A DNA stretch of 64,000 nt. Origin: Podarcis vaucheri (taxonomy: Eukaryota). How positions within the stretch are numbered: position 1 is the first letter of the stretch; each line of letters opens with the position of its first letter. This document shows, in pieces, positions 40,201 through 52,700 of the stretch. The stretch lies in the NCBI GenBank assembly GCA_965113315.1, contig OZ220371.1; one strand, given 5' to 3'. The notes under the pieces were generated by a model that made no database searches, was not told the DNA's origin, and saw only the letters and a program-made list of their open reading frames with translations. The translations under genes were made by a program, and so were the position numbers.

Positions 40201-41378
40201 CTCTGATGTCAGAGAATTTTATCCTTTTGGAATTGGACTCTTTATGAAATACTTTTCTATTAGCCATACTGTTCTGTTGCTTGCATTTAGTATACCAAAG
40301 AGTGCTGTCAAAAATAATAAAAATTGCTGAAGACATCAGAACGGTTGACCTTGTTCAATGATCCTGTTTCTAATGAGGCATATCTTATGGGTGACTGGGG
40401 TGTGTGTGCAGGGGCAGAGATAACCCCTCTGATTAACATAGGGGTGGTTTTTTCAAACTTGTATTTTAAACAGCAGAGCCTCTAAGGAGCATGGCGATCA
40501 GAGCAGCTTGTGTGAAGTGTGAACACACTCACTCAAGATGTAATTAATGCCAATATCCCTAGCAATTCAAGCGCCTACATAAATTAACAGCTCAGTCTTC
40601 TGCCTTTGTTGTGGAAGCCTTGTAATTTGTGCATCACTAAGGGCTGGATTTAGATGCATCTTGTACAGCCACTTTATGCGCTTTTGGTGTAATTAAAGAA
40701 GAGTTTCATCTGTGAAGAACGACCACAGAATTCTCACTGTGGCAAAACAAGCACAACAGCTGGAATCCAGGTAGATTGGCACACATGTGCAAAGGACTTT
40801 TGTGTGCACAGAGGTGGGCAGGGTTGAAGGGTTTCCTGATTTATTTATTTTTTTGTTCAGCCCCTTGTACTTAATGGAATGCTATGCTGGTGTGTTTCCT
40901 AACCTTTGGAGATGGGTTGTTTTTTTTTAGGATGGGTGGGTCTGTAGGAGGAAGGCGAGGGTAAGTGGGGAGAAAAGCCATGCACACATAGAAGAGAAAA
41001 CATGCCCCTCTGGATCCCAGACACTTCCTTTTAGGAATTCAATACCTCCAAGCAGTGTCATTCAGGTGTCACTCAGACTGCCTTCCCTACAGAACTGAAT
41101 TTTGCAATACCTAGGACACAGGCAATAAGGTGCGCTCTTAACAGGTACCTAAACATCACTTGTTCCTTCCCTCTCTCCATGTACTAAGGCAGGCCATAAA
41201 CATCTTTCAAAACCAATAAAAAATAAACAAACAGCAACACTGTTCTCAATACGGTGTTTCAGGTAGTTTTACCCAGGAAGTGTAAACCACTACTCAGAGC
41301 CAGGTGAGTAGACTAAAGAGAAAAAGGTTAGGTGACACAGGAAAGATCTAAAATAAACAAGAGAGAAACATAATATAC

Positions 41379-41987
41379 CACATTGCATTCTGTGGACTGT
41401 GCGGAAGGAACTGTAGACATTTGTTGCATATTGTTTGGAGGCGTCTCTGAAGTGTCTGGAGAAAGCCTAGGTGGATGTTGTTGGCTTTCAGGCGCCGCTT
41501 TATTATCAGGGATGGGAGCTATCTGAATGGAAAGAGATGCTTTGTGTATCTCAGGTACTGGGTTACAAGCGGGTGAGACAGGCCTCCGTGGAGTTGCTGG
41601 TGCTTCAACAGGCACAGGCTGCTGCTGTACACAAGAAGGAATACTACTAGACGCATTTCGTGCCCTAGTTAATTTCAGGGCAGAAACTCTACGTTTTTGA
41701 CCTGGTTGTTTGTGGCCTTGGCGGAAACTTGTTCTAATTCCAGCTATTGTTTTTGTGCTGTAAACAGAGGCCAGTGGCTTAGTGGTTTTGTGTGTGTAGG
41801 ACACACTGCTGTTAGATTTTTTAGAATAAACTGCCCTCCGTATAAACTCCTTGTTAGTACAGTGGTCAGCATCAGGAGATTTCTTAGTTTGTTTGGTTGT
41901 TATGGACCGGGAGTTAATTTCGCTCTTCTTGTGACTAATTATTCCAGATCTACTCAAACTTTCTTTCCTAGGAGGAAGTGGGGGGGC
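41379..41987 (-). CDS. SORBS2: SORBS2 large alternative cassette exon (609 nt, 203 aa, phase 0-0): APPLPPRKES...RRVSALKLTR...STECNV
   Basis: Longest ORF in the window (41328-42053), same strand as the gene. Branch-like ctaat at ~42055 is followed by an AG-free pyrimidine tract ending cacaag|GCC; donor GTG|gtatat; length divisible by 3. Confidence 0.8.
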
Positions 41988-42402
41988 CTTGTGTGCCAAA
42001 AGCATCCACGCAACAAAATAAATATTACAGGAGAAAGAGAGAAAGCAAAACATTAGCAGGATAGTAAACAGAGATAAAACGTGTCACTTCTTAAACAGAG
42101 ATACCGACACAAATCCAGCCAATGGTTTTGAATCAGGCCTCCACATTCTTCATCATTCCAGATTGTAAACATTTTATTTTGATGTTTGGAAAGCCAGGGT
42201 GCATATATTAATTGCAAATTCATTGTGAGGTCAATACTGACCCATTAATATGAAGCATCCCCCTCTTGGGATCAATATTGCTAGTTATCACCTTTAAATT
42301 ATAGAGATGAAAATTAACAAGATAGATCACTGGAACGAACAGACTGTTCTGATGGAAATTAATGTATAGCCCCTTAAATTTTCTGGTCTACAGTAATAGA
42401 AA

Positions 42403-42439
42403 GTGTGTGCGCGCGCGTGCGCGTGCATGTGTGTGCGTG
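42403..42439. repeat. Alternating purine-pyrimidine tract (GT/GC)
   Basis: gtgtgtgcgcgcgcgtgcgcgtgcatgtgtgtgcgtg. Confidence 0.9.
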
Positions 42440-42816
42440 GGGGAGGGTATCTTAAGTAATTTGTAGAATGGATGAATGTTTCAAATTTATGTCAAACTCT
42501 ATACTTTGGGCTACAAAAAATAACTGTGCTGTTGTTCCAACACCAGGCATATGTTTCAACCTGATGAACACTGCACAGCTGTGCTTTACTCCTTGAAAGG
42601 AATTCAGTGCATGAGTGAAGCAAAAGCTGTGCATCCAAACCAGTATTTGGATGCACAGCCAAAACAGAGGTCATACTACAAACCAATGCAATAATGTCAG
42701 GAAAGCACCCTAAAAGCAATAATCAAATGGAAACTGCCTCTCCTTCACGAAATCACAGTATTAAACTTTAGAATTTCACATAATCTCAGAGTGAGTCTGC
42801 ATATCTGCCATTTTAC

Positions 42817-42941
42817 CTGAACTGGCGATCTCTTTTCTTGTAGGTTTGGCCGGACACTTCGAAAGCCTTTTGCTGCAAGAGAGGAGCTGCTAGTGTCGCC
42901 ATTCAGTGTTTCTCTACTCCCACTGTTAAATGATCTCCAAG
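42817..42941 (-). CDS. SORBS2: SORBS2 exon [42 protein letters not shown] (125 nt, phase 1-0)
   Basis: catataaaag|CT...CAG|gtaaaa; conserved [11 protein letters not shown] motif. Confidence 0.95.
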
Positions 42942-44394
42942 CTTTTATATGAAAAGAAATCCAAGCAAATTTATTTCTGACAAAGGATTTGCTTTGATTA
43001 TGTCAAGTAACAAATGAGCTCTACAGTGACTGGAATCAATATAATACAGATGATGTGGCACAAACGTGAAAGAAGTCTAAGGGATATAATGCACATACGT
43101 CAATAACAAAGGGTACATTCATACTATTTGCAGCCAGTCTGCCAGATTACAGCGGAGGAAGATGGCAGACAAGATTGGCTCAGTTGGAACCAATTGCCAT
43201 TTGGATCTTCCTCTTCTATAACTATCTTCCTAAGTGGTTAGGCAGTCTGGTCATTAATGTGACTTTATGGGGGGGGAAAGTGCCTGTTTTTGCTTGTTTT
43301 GCTGTTCCCTCTCTATCCTCCCCTGCTTTAATCATGCCCTGTGCTATTTTTCTAGAAAAAGAGGTCCCGGAACTCACCTCCCTTGTTCTTTTTTAATGGC
43401 AATGGCGCCCACCTGTGAGGTGCTGGAACTGAGTTCCGGTGTATTATGGCTGGGGGAAAACCCCCTAATAGGACTGTAGGCCTACAGGCACCGGCTATGT
43501 TGTTTTTATAATAGATATGTATGAAATGCCTAGAAAATACTAGGCATTACAACATCATGGGAAGCCAGAAGCAGCGCTGCTGAGCTCCTGACTAGGTCAG
43601 GATTTTATGATGGTGTTGCTTTCTATTGTTTTGCTTTATATCAGTCTCTTAATCCCAAAGACTTTTACTCAATTTACCTACTGAATTCAAGGGGACTTGA
43701 AATGAGGATATCTGTATGGGATTGCACAGTAAATATAGTGTAGCTGTCTATGCCTGGCAGATGAGGAGTCCAGGTTGCAATTGCCTCTGGATTATGAATC
43801 TTAACTAGGGAGCCATGGGCAAATCAGTACCCTTCAGCCAAATGTATGCCTTAAAGTAGCTATGTGGATAAAATGAGATAAATCCCACACATGGATTATA
43901 ACTGTTGGGAGAGGAAAGGCTAGTTCTAGATTCTTCAGATAACACTAAAAAATAAATGAATGCTCAAATCAGAACAACATTCCCAGATGCTATAATCCTT
44001 CAGCTTTTGCTTATGTCGTTTACTGATTTGCCACATTTGCTCTGGTTTTTACATGTATCTGCCCTTAGTCAGTTCAGGAGACTGCATGGGTACTCCATTT
44101 GTACAAGCCTCTTAGATGTAGCTTCCAGCAAAAACGGCTGCCCCCATGACTTGTTTTGCCACTAAATGATACTCAAGAGATCTATGGATTCCTTGTGTTA
44201 CAGAAGCAGCACTCAATGGCATGGAGCGGGGTGAGGAAAACTTGCAGCACAATGATATGTTGAACATTCCTAGGGAACAGTCACGGGGCTGGTATTTTTC
44301 ATGGCATTTCTGTGGCATTCATGATGGCCAGTCCTGTCTTTGAACAACGGGTATAAGCTGGAGCAAAGCTTTTATTTCTAAATTTAAATTTTGT

Positions 44395-44570
44395 CATAGG
44401 AAGGTGCTTCCTGCTGAACCAAACCATTGGTCCACCCAGCTCAGCAGTGGGCATGTCAACTGGCAGCAGCAATCCAGGATGTCAGACAGGAATCTTCCCC
44501 GGTCATATTTGCAGTGCTTTAGGTTTGAATCTAGGACCTTTTGCATGCAGAGCCTGTGTTCTACCTCCAA
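44395..44570 (-). mobile_element. Squam3-like SINE, degraded
   Basis: cataggaag...ccattggtcca...tttgaatctaggaccttttgcatgcagagc...tctacc; same family as 1356-1546. Confidence 0.6.
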
Positions 44571-45265
44571 ACAGTGAATTGGGTGTAAGGGTATAGTTTG
44601 CCTTTGACTCAGATGCTTGGCAAACACCTACTTAGAGAGGTGAAGAAACGCAAAGTGTATACACATGGCTTCCTTTGGGAAGATGGAAAAAAATCAGAAC
44701 TATAAGCTATCCAAAAGAGATGCTGAAGGATTAGACTGATCGCTGCAGCTAGCAGCTTTATTGTTGGCTAAAAGGACCAGTAAAGCCCTTATTAACTGAA
44801 AGCTGTTTCAAATTATATCTCATGCAGCAGTACAGTCTTCCTGGTGTAAGATTGCAGAATTACCCATTCTATGCCCACTGGCACCTTAAAAACCTCCTGT
44901 TATACACCTGCAAGAACAGATTTCTTCTGTTTCACTACCACTTCGTAACTGAAGATAATGAGCACTTTTGCTATAAATTACATAGAAATGTTGGTATGTA
45001 ATGTAGGGTCTTTTTGGATGAGTGGTCTGCATTTAAAAAAGCCATTAAGAAAGCAAAAAAATAGGTTATCATCCATTATATAAAGGCCAGCAAATGTAAA
45101 AGAAAGCCTTTCACACGTATCAAAAGTCTTTAGTTCAAGATTTAGAATCTCAAAATTAGTACAGTTTGGCTAGAGAAACAGTGGGGAGGGGGTTTAAATG
45201 CATGCCTTATTTATTCCACTCACAGTGTTGTTATATTCAGCTTAAAATAACAGCAACCTATTTAC

Positions 45266-45292
45266 CTGAATCTGGTGACTGAGAATCAAGTC
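45266..45292 (-). CDS. SORBS2: SORBS2 27-nt microexon GLDSQSPDS (phase 1-1)
   Basis: ttctttag|GACTTGATTCTCAGTCACCAGATTCAG|gtaaat; corresponds to recalled mouse GRESQSPDS. Confidence 0.9.
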
Positions 45293-46191
45293 CTAAAGAA
45301 AGAGAACATCAAAGTTAATATGTGGAAAGTACAGTTAGCATTCCTACTTTATGCTTTGAAACCACTGTGGTAGACAAGGGGTAATTCACTTACCAAAAAT
45401 TATTGGCACACATACTTTAATGACTCTTACTATACCGGCATATGTAGCCAAGGATCTTTTTTTCTAAAGACCACAATCTTAAGCATATTTAAGTTGGGCA
45501 TAAGCACTGCTGAGCTCTGAAGTAAATTTTGCTAAGTAAATATGCACAGCATCAGACTGAATGGCTCATTATGCCATTTTTGCTCGGTCAAAGAGCCCTC
45601 TAACCTTCATTAAAGTTATGTGGCCCAAAACAAGAGTGAACAAGCATAACACAACAGCACTTTTGCTTCAATTTCACACTGGTTCAGCTTGGATGAGACA
45701 TTAAAACATAGTTTAGCACTACACAAGTCAGCATCAGACACATATACTCCTTTTTCCTCTATGTTCAGAAGCACATAATGAGCACAGTGCCTCCTTAACC
45801 TAGCATAACCTATTATGCTATTATTAACAACCCAATATCATAAACTTATGTGCAGACCAGGGGAATTGGACCCATTTGACCTTGCCAGGTCAATTTGTTT
45901 TAAGAGATGGCAGCAATAGAAAAACCATTCAAATCTCAAGGTAACTAAAAGCGTTTTGGGACAAGTTAGGGGGAAACTAAACAAGGCAGGGCATTCTAAC
46001 GTTACTATTGTCAGCAACATTGTCTGTGACCTTATTGATAGACAATGTATGAACCTCTTCCATGGTGCCCTTCTTCATAGAAATTGATTGAAATCCCTGT
46101 TCCATTGTTAGTCTTTGATTAATTATGTGAGGGTGCTTTAAGATGCATTAGAGAAAATTTTATAGACAATTGCAGAGGATTTGCTCTATGG

Positions 46192-46328
46192 CAGGCATAG
46201 GCAACCTCGGCCCTCCAGATGTTTTGGGGCTACAACTCCCATGATTGCTAGCTAACAGGACCAGTGGTCAGGGATGATAGGAATTGTAGTCCCAAAAACA
46301 TCTGGAGGGCCGAGGTTGCCTATGCCTG
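46192..46328. mobile_element. Palindromic hAT (Charlie-like) MITE
   Basis: Long TIRs caggcataggcaacctcggccctccagatgtttt / aaaacatctggagggccgaggttgcctatgcctg; TSD ctctatgg / atctatgg. Confidence 0.9.
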
Positions 46329-47973
46329 ATCTATGGAATTAATATCTTTAAAACAGGTATATGATAGTAGTTGTAGGCTGAAAAGGGCATGTTCTTCATG
46401 AGGCAGTGTCCAATTTACCCTTTGCAAATTTCCTTATGTCAGCTTAGTAAGGAGCTACAAAACATGCATTGATTAACTGAAATTCCACTTCTCTTCTGCT
46501 ACTTATGCACAACTTGGGCGTGTGGAACACAGGTAAATAAATCAATGCTTATGGCTCCATTAATTCACACTTTCTGAAGGCTACACTTCAGGGCTACTGT
46601 GGTTCTGCTTTATTTTGTATTAGTTTTATTGCTGTTTTATTAGATAGAAATTAAATGATACTATTCTTCTTTTTCAGTCCATGTCATTCTCTAGTTGCTT
46701 TCCAGAGCTATTGTAATTGAATATAAAATTGTAAGAAAACTTTTCTCAACTTTACAATTAAGGTGACTATTAACAACACTAATGATTTGTAGCTGGAAAT
46801 TTTACTGAGATCTGTTTCTGTTGATGAATATTCGTCTAGGTATGTTACATTATATTGCATAATTAATCGGTTTACGATGAAAGGCCAGGACAATGAAGCT
46901 AGAGTTGTCACTTTAACATTCTTCATTTTCTTGGGCTACTGCCAAATGCAAATCTTTAAAAAGCTGCTTTTAAATGTTTATAGCAAAATGGCCACAAACC
47001 TTTAAGTCCAACATGGTTTCTATTACTTTGGCATTGGAAACCTTTAAAAAGTGTAAGCTGCACTGACTTAGCAAAACTTACCCAAGGGTAAAATTCAATG
47101 GCCAAACTCACATTAATTTCTGAAACCTGGTTTATGATTTCGAACAGCCAAAGGGAAGGATTTCAACCCAGCATTCTGAAGAGTACTGAGAATATTGTAA
47201 ATGCTACATTGCTTCCAATTTGGCGATGATGCATGAAAACGTCTTCCTATAAAAATTTGGCCTGGCATTCATATATCTTGTAATATGAATGGCGTTACAG
47301 GACACTTGCACTGTCATTTTATAGAGAATATTATGGTACTTTCCTTCTTCTATCCCCAAGGGATTTCAATTAGTTTCTAGCTAAGCAACCACAGCAATAA
47401 AATAGGAAAAAAATGAATTAGTACTACTAACTTAGTCCCACTTAAAAAATTCTGTGCCATTGGCCGTCCACTGCCAGAGACATCAGTGCATAGAAGTGTG
47501 GATGGATACTCCATATCTCCCCTCTGTTCTTTAAAGAACACCTCTGCTTGATTATGGCTCCAGCTCACATGATCACTCTCCCTCAAATGGGAGTGGGGGA
47601 GGGAAGCCCATTGATTTCAATGGGTCTACTCTGAGTATGACTTGGTTGCACACTACTCAAAAGCTATTATTTCACATGAGCTCTGCTGTGGAAAATAAGT
47701 TCTGGGGCTGAGCCCAGATAAGCTCTCGTTCAAATTAAGGCATGTGCACTGCTGGTCTAGTTCTCAGTGGCCACAGCCCAGAATGCCTGAGAAGGTTCCC
47801 ACAAGGACATAGCTTAAGATTACATCAGCAGGACAGAAACATTTCATAATAACGGTTGTGAGCAGCAGCTGCAGCCACATTCATTATCAACCATGATATT
47901 CAGCTCCAACACTGTACAGAAACCATGCCACAATGGCACCCAAGTGAGACATTCCATGGTTAATATTTAATAC

Positions 47974-48066
47974 CTGCTGTCAATAGGTTTGGAGAACTCT
48001 GAACTCTCTTCACGGCTGTTAATTTGACAGACATGGCAGCACGTTTGCGAGCACACCCACCACTAT
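47974..48066 (-). CDS. SORBS2: SORBS2 exon [31 protein letters not shown] (93 nt, phase 1-1)
   Basis: gctttcag|AT...GCAG|gtatta; near-identical to the recalled mouse Sorbs2 N-terminus. Confidence 0.95.
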
Positions 48067-50350
48067 CTGAAAGCACAAAATGACACAGGCCCACAACATA
48101 GAGAGAGCAAGCACATGCAACACAGATCAAGTGGAGTTAAGTGAACTATGTAAATGTGGACATAGAACTCATGCGGTTAGAAATTGCTGTTGATCTTCTG
48201 GGTTTTGTACATACATACCGAAGGGCTGGGGAAGCTGTAGTTAATTATTACTGCCATTCCAAAGAATACCCAAGCCAAGAGAGATTTATCATGTGCTTTC
48301 CAGTACTGGAAAGACCACTTGTTGTGTGTACCTAACTCACCACAAAAAGACTAAAACGGAAGATCAAAATTGACACAACATTACTTTTTCAATAAAGAAC
48401 ACATTGTGTGGCCCTAAAAAAGATCTGAGTCATAAAGTAGGATTTGTTGTGTGATTTGGTATGTTCATTCATGGAATACTTTGATACAGATTACTAAAAT
48501 GGGTGTCTTCCCCCTATGTGTAACAGGAGATATCTAGGAAGAAACTAAATTGTGTTGTTACAGGACCCTCTCCTAAGTGTCTTCCAGATAAGCTAGATAG
48601 ATAAAGGCGAACATTTATAGTTCATTTAAAGGTAGTACAGAATGGGGAGAAGACTCCAGTCCTCTAGAATGCTGCATTTTTAATGACTGGCAGTTCTTTG
48701 TATCTTCCCTTTGACATCTGTGCCTATACCCTGGATGGACAATGATGAATACAAAGGTCTTGAATTCATTTTGTTCCCTGAAATACTGGGGGCATCATGA
48801 GCTGCAAAGTTGCCTGCGAGTGCTTTTGGCCAAACTGCAGGCAGTAGTGCTCTCTTCCCCCAAGGTATATGCACACTGCTGAAACAGGCAATCCTGGGTA
48901 AGTTTGCTCCTAAGGTTAGATGGGCCTTGCAAAGCAGAATATAGCTGAAGGGACAGCAGAAAACTCAACCATCCTTTGGGTGTGTTGGATCCAATCAAAA
49001 TCCCATCTCAGCAATTTCTAGCTGCTCAATCAGGTGTAATTTATGTGGCCCGTTCTTTGCAAGGGAACAGCCAAGTCAGCATCATGATGTTGGGCCACGT
49101 TTAAAATTGCCAGCTCAGGGAATGTATGCTCTTTGTAGTCAGCTGAAGGAGAGCATCTATTGCGAGCCCAAATTTAGAATAAAGCTGCCACTAACAGGAA
49201 GATCATATTGGGTGTCTTAAACACATGGCTACTATACATCCCACATACTACATGGCACAATCTCTCACTGAATAATTATACGAAGTACAAGAGTTGTGGT
49301 GATCAATCCTAATCCTATGCAAGGGCAAGGAACCTGTCTACGCAGGGCATGTCTGCTAAAGCGAAAGGGAAACTCAAGCTTCATTTGATCACAAATTCTC
49401 TGCAGCTGCAAGCCAAAGTTTCTTCAGCACCAAGGGCAGGTAACTTTAAAGGGGAAAGGATCCATGCAAATTCATTAATTTGAGTATTCCTATCAAAAGT
49501 AGTTGGAATACGGAGCAGTGATGGTGGCAGAAGGAAGCCTCTAGAGTGCATGCTATTGTTAAGTTTAGAAAATGCTCTTCAAAACTGTGGGTGGTCTTCC
49601 TTTGCCTGCTGCTGTGTTACAGAAACATATTGGATAAATTGCAAGAAGTTTGCATCATCATGATTTAACAGCAACAAAGTTAAGCCTCACAGATTTTTGC
49701 AGTCTCTGAGGGCTGTGTGTGTGTTTGCTGTGGTTTGTATTTATGTCTTTCATTTATTATACAACAGTTGGCTTCTTTAATCATTTTTAAATTAGATGCA
49801 TTTATCACACATATTATCCTCGTAAATTCCTGCCTAAAATATTTATTGGAGGACACTAAAGATATATTTTAGCAAATTAAGTTTGACCCATTCATTATCC
49901 ATCTGTGAAAAAAAAAGGCAGTGAGTCTGCAGATTGCCCAGACATTTTGTGGTGAAGAGTCCTACCACTATATAAATTCTTTGAAATTTTGTCTGCTTAG
50001 AAGCCACCAGGATTTACGCACAGCTTGGACAACAACCTACTTTAAGTTTAAATGCTTGCATTTTAGCCAATTTTGGGTGCAACACTAACCCCACTTACCT
50101 GGGAGTAAGCCTCATTGAATTCAATGGGGCACATTGGATTCAATGGGACTTACCTCTAAATAGACATGGTTAGAATTGTGCTGTTAGTCACACTGGAGAT
50201 AGCAGCACCACTAATAGAAGCTATTCCTCAGTGTTAAGGATATACTTAGATTCTGTCATTGAAATTAATAGGATTTGGCCAGTTCTTATGTTACAGCTAC
50301 AACATGGTTGCCACTCCCCATGCGATGTAGGATTGCAGAAACTGCACCAT

Positions 50351-50351
<1 letters not shown>

Positions 50352-50407
<56 letters not shown>
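50352..50407. repeat. Compound microsatellite (TG)n(AG)n
   Basis: Directly visible. Confidence 0.97.
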
Positions 50408-50409
<2 letters not shown>

Positions 50410-50416
50410 TGTAGGA

Positions 50417-50557
50417 CAGGCTTTCTCAACCTTGGTTCCCCAGGTGTTTGTTGTTGGACTACAACTCCCATCATCCCTGACCACTGGTCCTGTTAGTTAG
50501 GGATAGTGGAAGTTGTAGTCCAACAAACATGTGGAGACCCAAGGTTGAGAAAGGCTG
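50417..50557. mobile_element. Palindromic hAT MITE related to 46192-46328
   Basis: caggctttctcaaccttgg ... ccaaggttgagaaaggctg; shared ctacaactcccat core; TSD atgtagga / atgtagaa. Confidence 0.88.
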
Positions 50558-51395
50558 ATGTAGAAAGAAGCAAACACGCTGTTCAATATTTGAGGCCTTG
50601 CTTCCAGTTCACTGCTGACTTAAGTTCAGAGGGAGGGTAGAAGGAACACAATCTTTTTGGTTAAGGTGCCAATGCTCTGAAATACTCCATCAATACTGAA
50701 ATACTTCATCAATAGCTTCCAAAATTTGGCTCTATAAAAAGTTTTTTTAAAAAATTTATTTTTTGCAGAAGCTTAACTGGTAACCTGTTATGTAGGATGA
50801 TTCTATCATAATTTTATTTTATCATGCCCTTTGATAGTGTCTTGATTATTTCTATCACTCTATTGTTAGTTGATTTGAGTTCTCACCCAGTGGGGGAAAA
50901 AAACCAGAGTATAATTTTTCTAAATACATATGGTAATCCAAACAGGATTCATGACCATCGCTAACTACCACATTTTCTGACCCATGATTAACGTTAAACA
51001 TAGTGGTCTCAAAAGGCAAGTATGCAATGTATCCTGAACTGAATTTTAGGAATATGAATAGGTGTTTAAAAATGCACCAATAAATATACGAATTTTCAGC
51101 AAAGTATGACTGTGATCCTATACAAACTTGCCTGAGAGTAAGTCCCATTTAATTCAATGGAGCTTACTTCTGATGTCTGGGATTGCACTGTAAGTAAGTC
51201 ACAGCACAATCATTTTAGAATTAAACAGCACACCATAAACACAAGTGTCTTGATTTATGCCACTGTGTTGGACTATGTACATGTGCATTGTGCCCCAATA
51301 TATTTTACTAAATACCAGAAAATATATTGAAATGGAACACACATGCATATGCATGTATAAATCCATATATTTATACATAGCAGCACATATAAGTA

Positions 51396-51730
51396 CAGTG
51401 GTGCCCCGCAAGATGAATGCCTCGCAAGACGAAAAACCCGCTAGACGAAAGGGTTTTCAGTTTTTCGATGCGCTTCGCAAGACGAATTTCCCTATGGGCT
51501 TGCTTCGCAAGACGAAAACGTCTTGCTAGTCTTGCGATTTTTTTTGCTCCCCCCTTTTTCTAAGCCGCTAAGCCGCTAATAGCCTTTTAGCCGCTAAGCC
51601 TTTAATAGCTGCTAAACCGCTAAACTGCTAATAGCGCTAATCCGCTAATAGGGTTGCTTCGCAAGACGAAAAAACCGCTAGATGAAGAGACTCACGGAAT
51701 GGATTATTTTCGTCTTACGAGGCACCACTG
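51396..51730. mobile_element. Tigger/pogo-like MITE, copy 2 of the 12488-12723 family
   Basis: Same TIRs and TA TSD; the centre is a tandem taagccgc/taatagcc array. Confidence 0.9.
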
Positions 51731-51873
51731 TAAATACACATAGATAAGTCATCTATATTTTTTTACAGTTATTATTTGAAGCAAATTAGGATAGTTCTAC
51801 TTGCATTTGAACAATATACTTAATAAAAGAGTTTAAACTTAATATCCCCTGCCCCACCATAGAAATTGCATAC

Positions 51874-51923
51874 CTGTATTCATTTTGACTCTGGATGATT
51901 TGCTGTTGAAGTCTTCAGTTTTC
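51874..51923 (-). CDS. SORBS2: SORBS2 exon containing the MNT start (ATG at 51883-51881); the upstream part is open in frame (KTEDFNSKSSRVK-MNT)
   Basis: Acceptor tttgtatttgatag|G, donor ACAG|gtatgc; 50 nt; ends in phase 1 and joins DSGGCARKR. Confidence 0.88.
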
Positions 51924-52299
51924 CTATCAAATACAAAAACAATCTATTAATTTATCACAAGGGCATAACATGTTTTTTAGGTGGTGGTGGAGAGTTACTG
52001 GTAACTTTACATCTTGTCAATGATTGCTATATTTGGCTTTCATTGTGTGGTGGTAGGCCCTCGATATGCTTCTATACAAATGTAATTGTGATGTTTCACC
52101 CTCTGTTGGGTTCTAATCACATGCATATTAATTGATTACAAACTTTGTCCAGAACTGGAAAAGATACCCTATTTGGGCTGCAATCCCAAAAGGAGAAGAT
52201 TCCCTAAAACACGGCACAGCATTTCTGAGGAAACATTCCTAGAACGGCATTGCACGTTGTCTAAATTCACACTTCCACAATTGTCCATAGCTTAAAGAC

Positions 52300-52700
52300 A
52301 TTTATTTATTAGAACAGTTTTTACTTAATTTTTAATACATGCAACCCTTCAGCCTGGGTGGCATAACATAAAAGACCAAAACCACCATAACTTAACATAT
52401 AAGTATCAAATAAAACCCAAAGAATTTTGATAGCAACAACAACCCCCGTAGTCACTCCAACAAAACAGTACAGCTTTCATGATCCAAATGCCGGGACAAA
52501 TAGGAAAGTCTTCACTTACGCTTAAAAATGTTGACTGTGGGGGAAGATGTGGTCCCCCCACCAGGAGCAAGTTCCATAACTAGGCTGCCCCACCAGTAAG
52601 GCCCTCTCTCAAGTTACCACCCTCCTAGCTTCTGCTGTGGGTGGGACAAGCAGGAGGGTCTTTCTTGCCCACTGCAGCCCTCAATCAGGTGGGTGTACTG
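52300..52700 (-). mobile_element. Degraded L2 LINE 3' end
   Basis: tttatttatt tail, aaagtcttcac..., gttccataactaggctgccccca...aaggccctctctc motif; boundaries approximate. Confidence 0.5.

Larger units (their letters stand above)
5950..51923 (-). other. SORBS2: SORBS2 (ArgBP2) gene, 5' portion; continues past the left edge and probably has further upstream exons to the right
   Basis: Chain of GT-AG exons whose spliced translation ([17 protein letters not shown]...[11 protein letters not shown]...[46 protein letters not shown]...[31 protein letters not shown]) matches mammalian SORBS2 as I recall it; phases agree at every junction. Confidence 0.97.
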
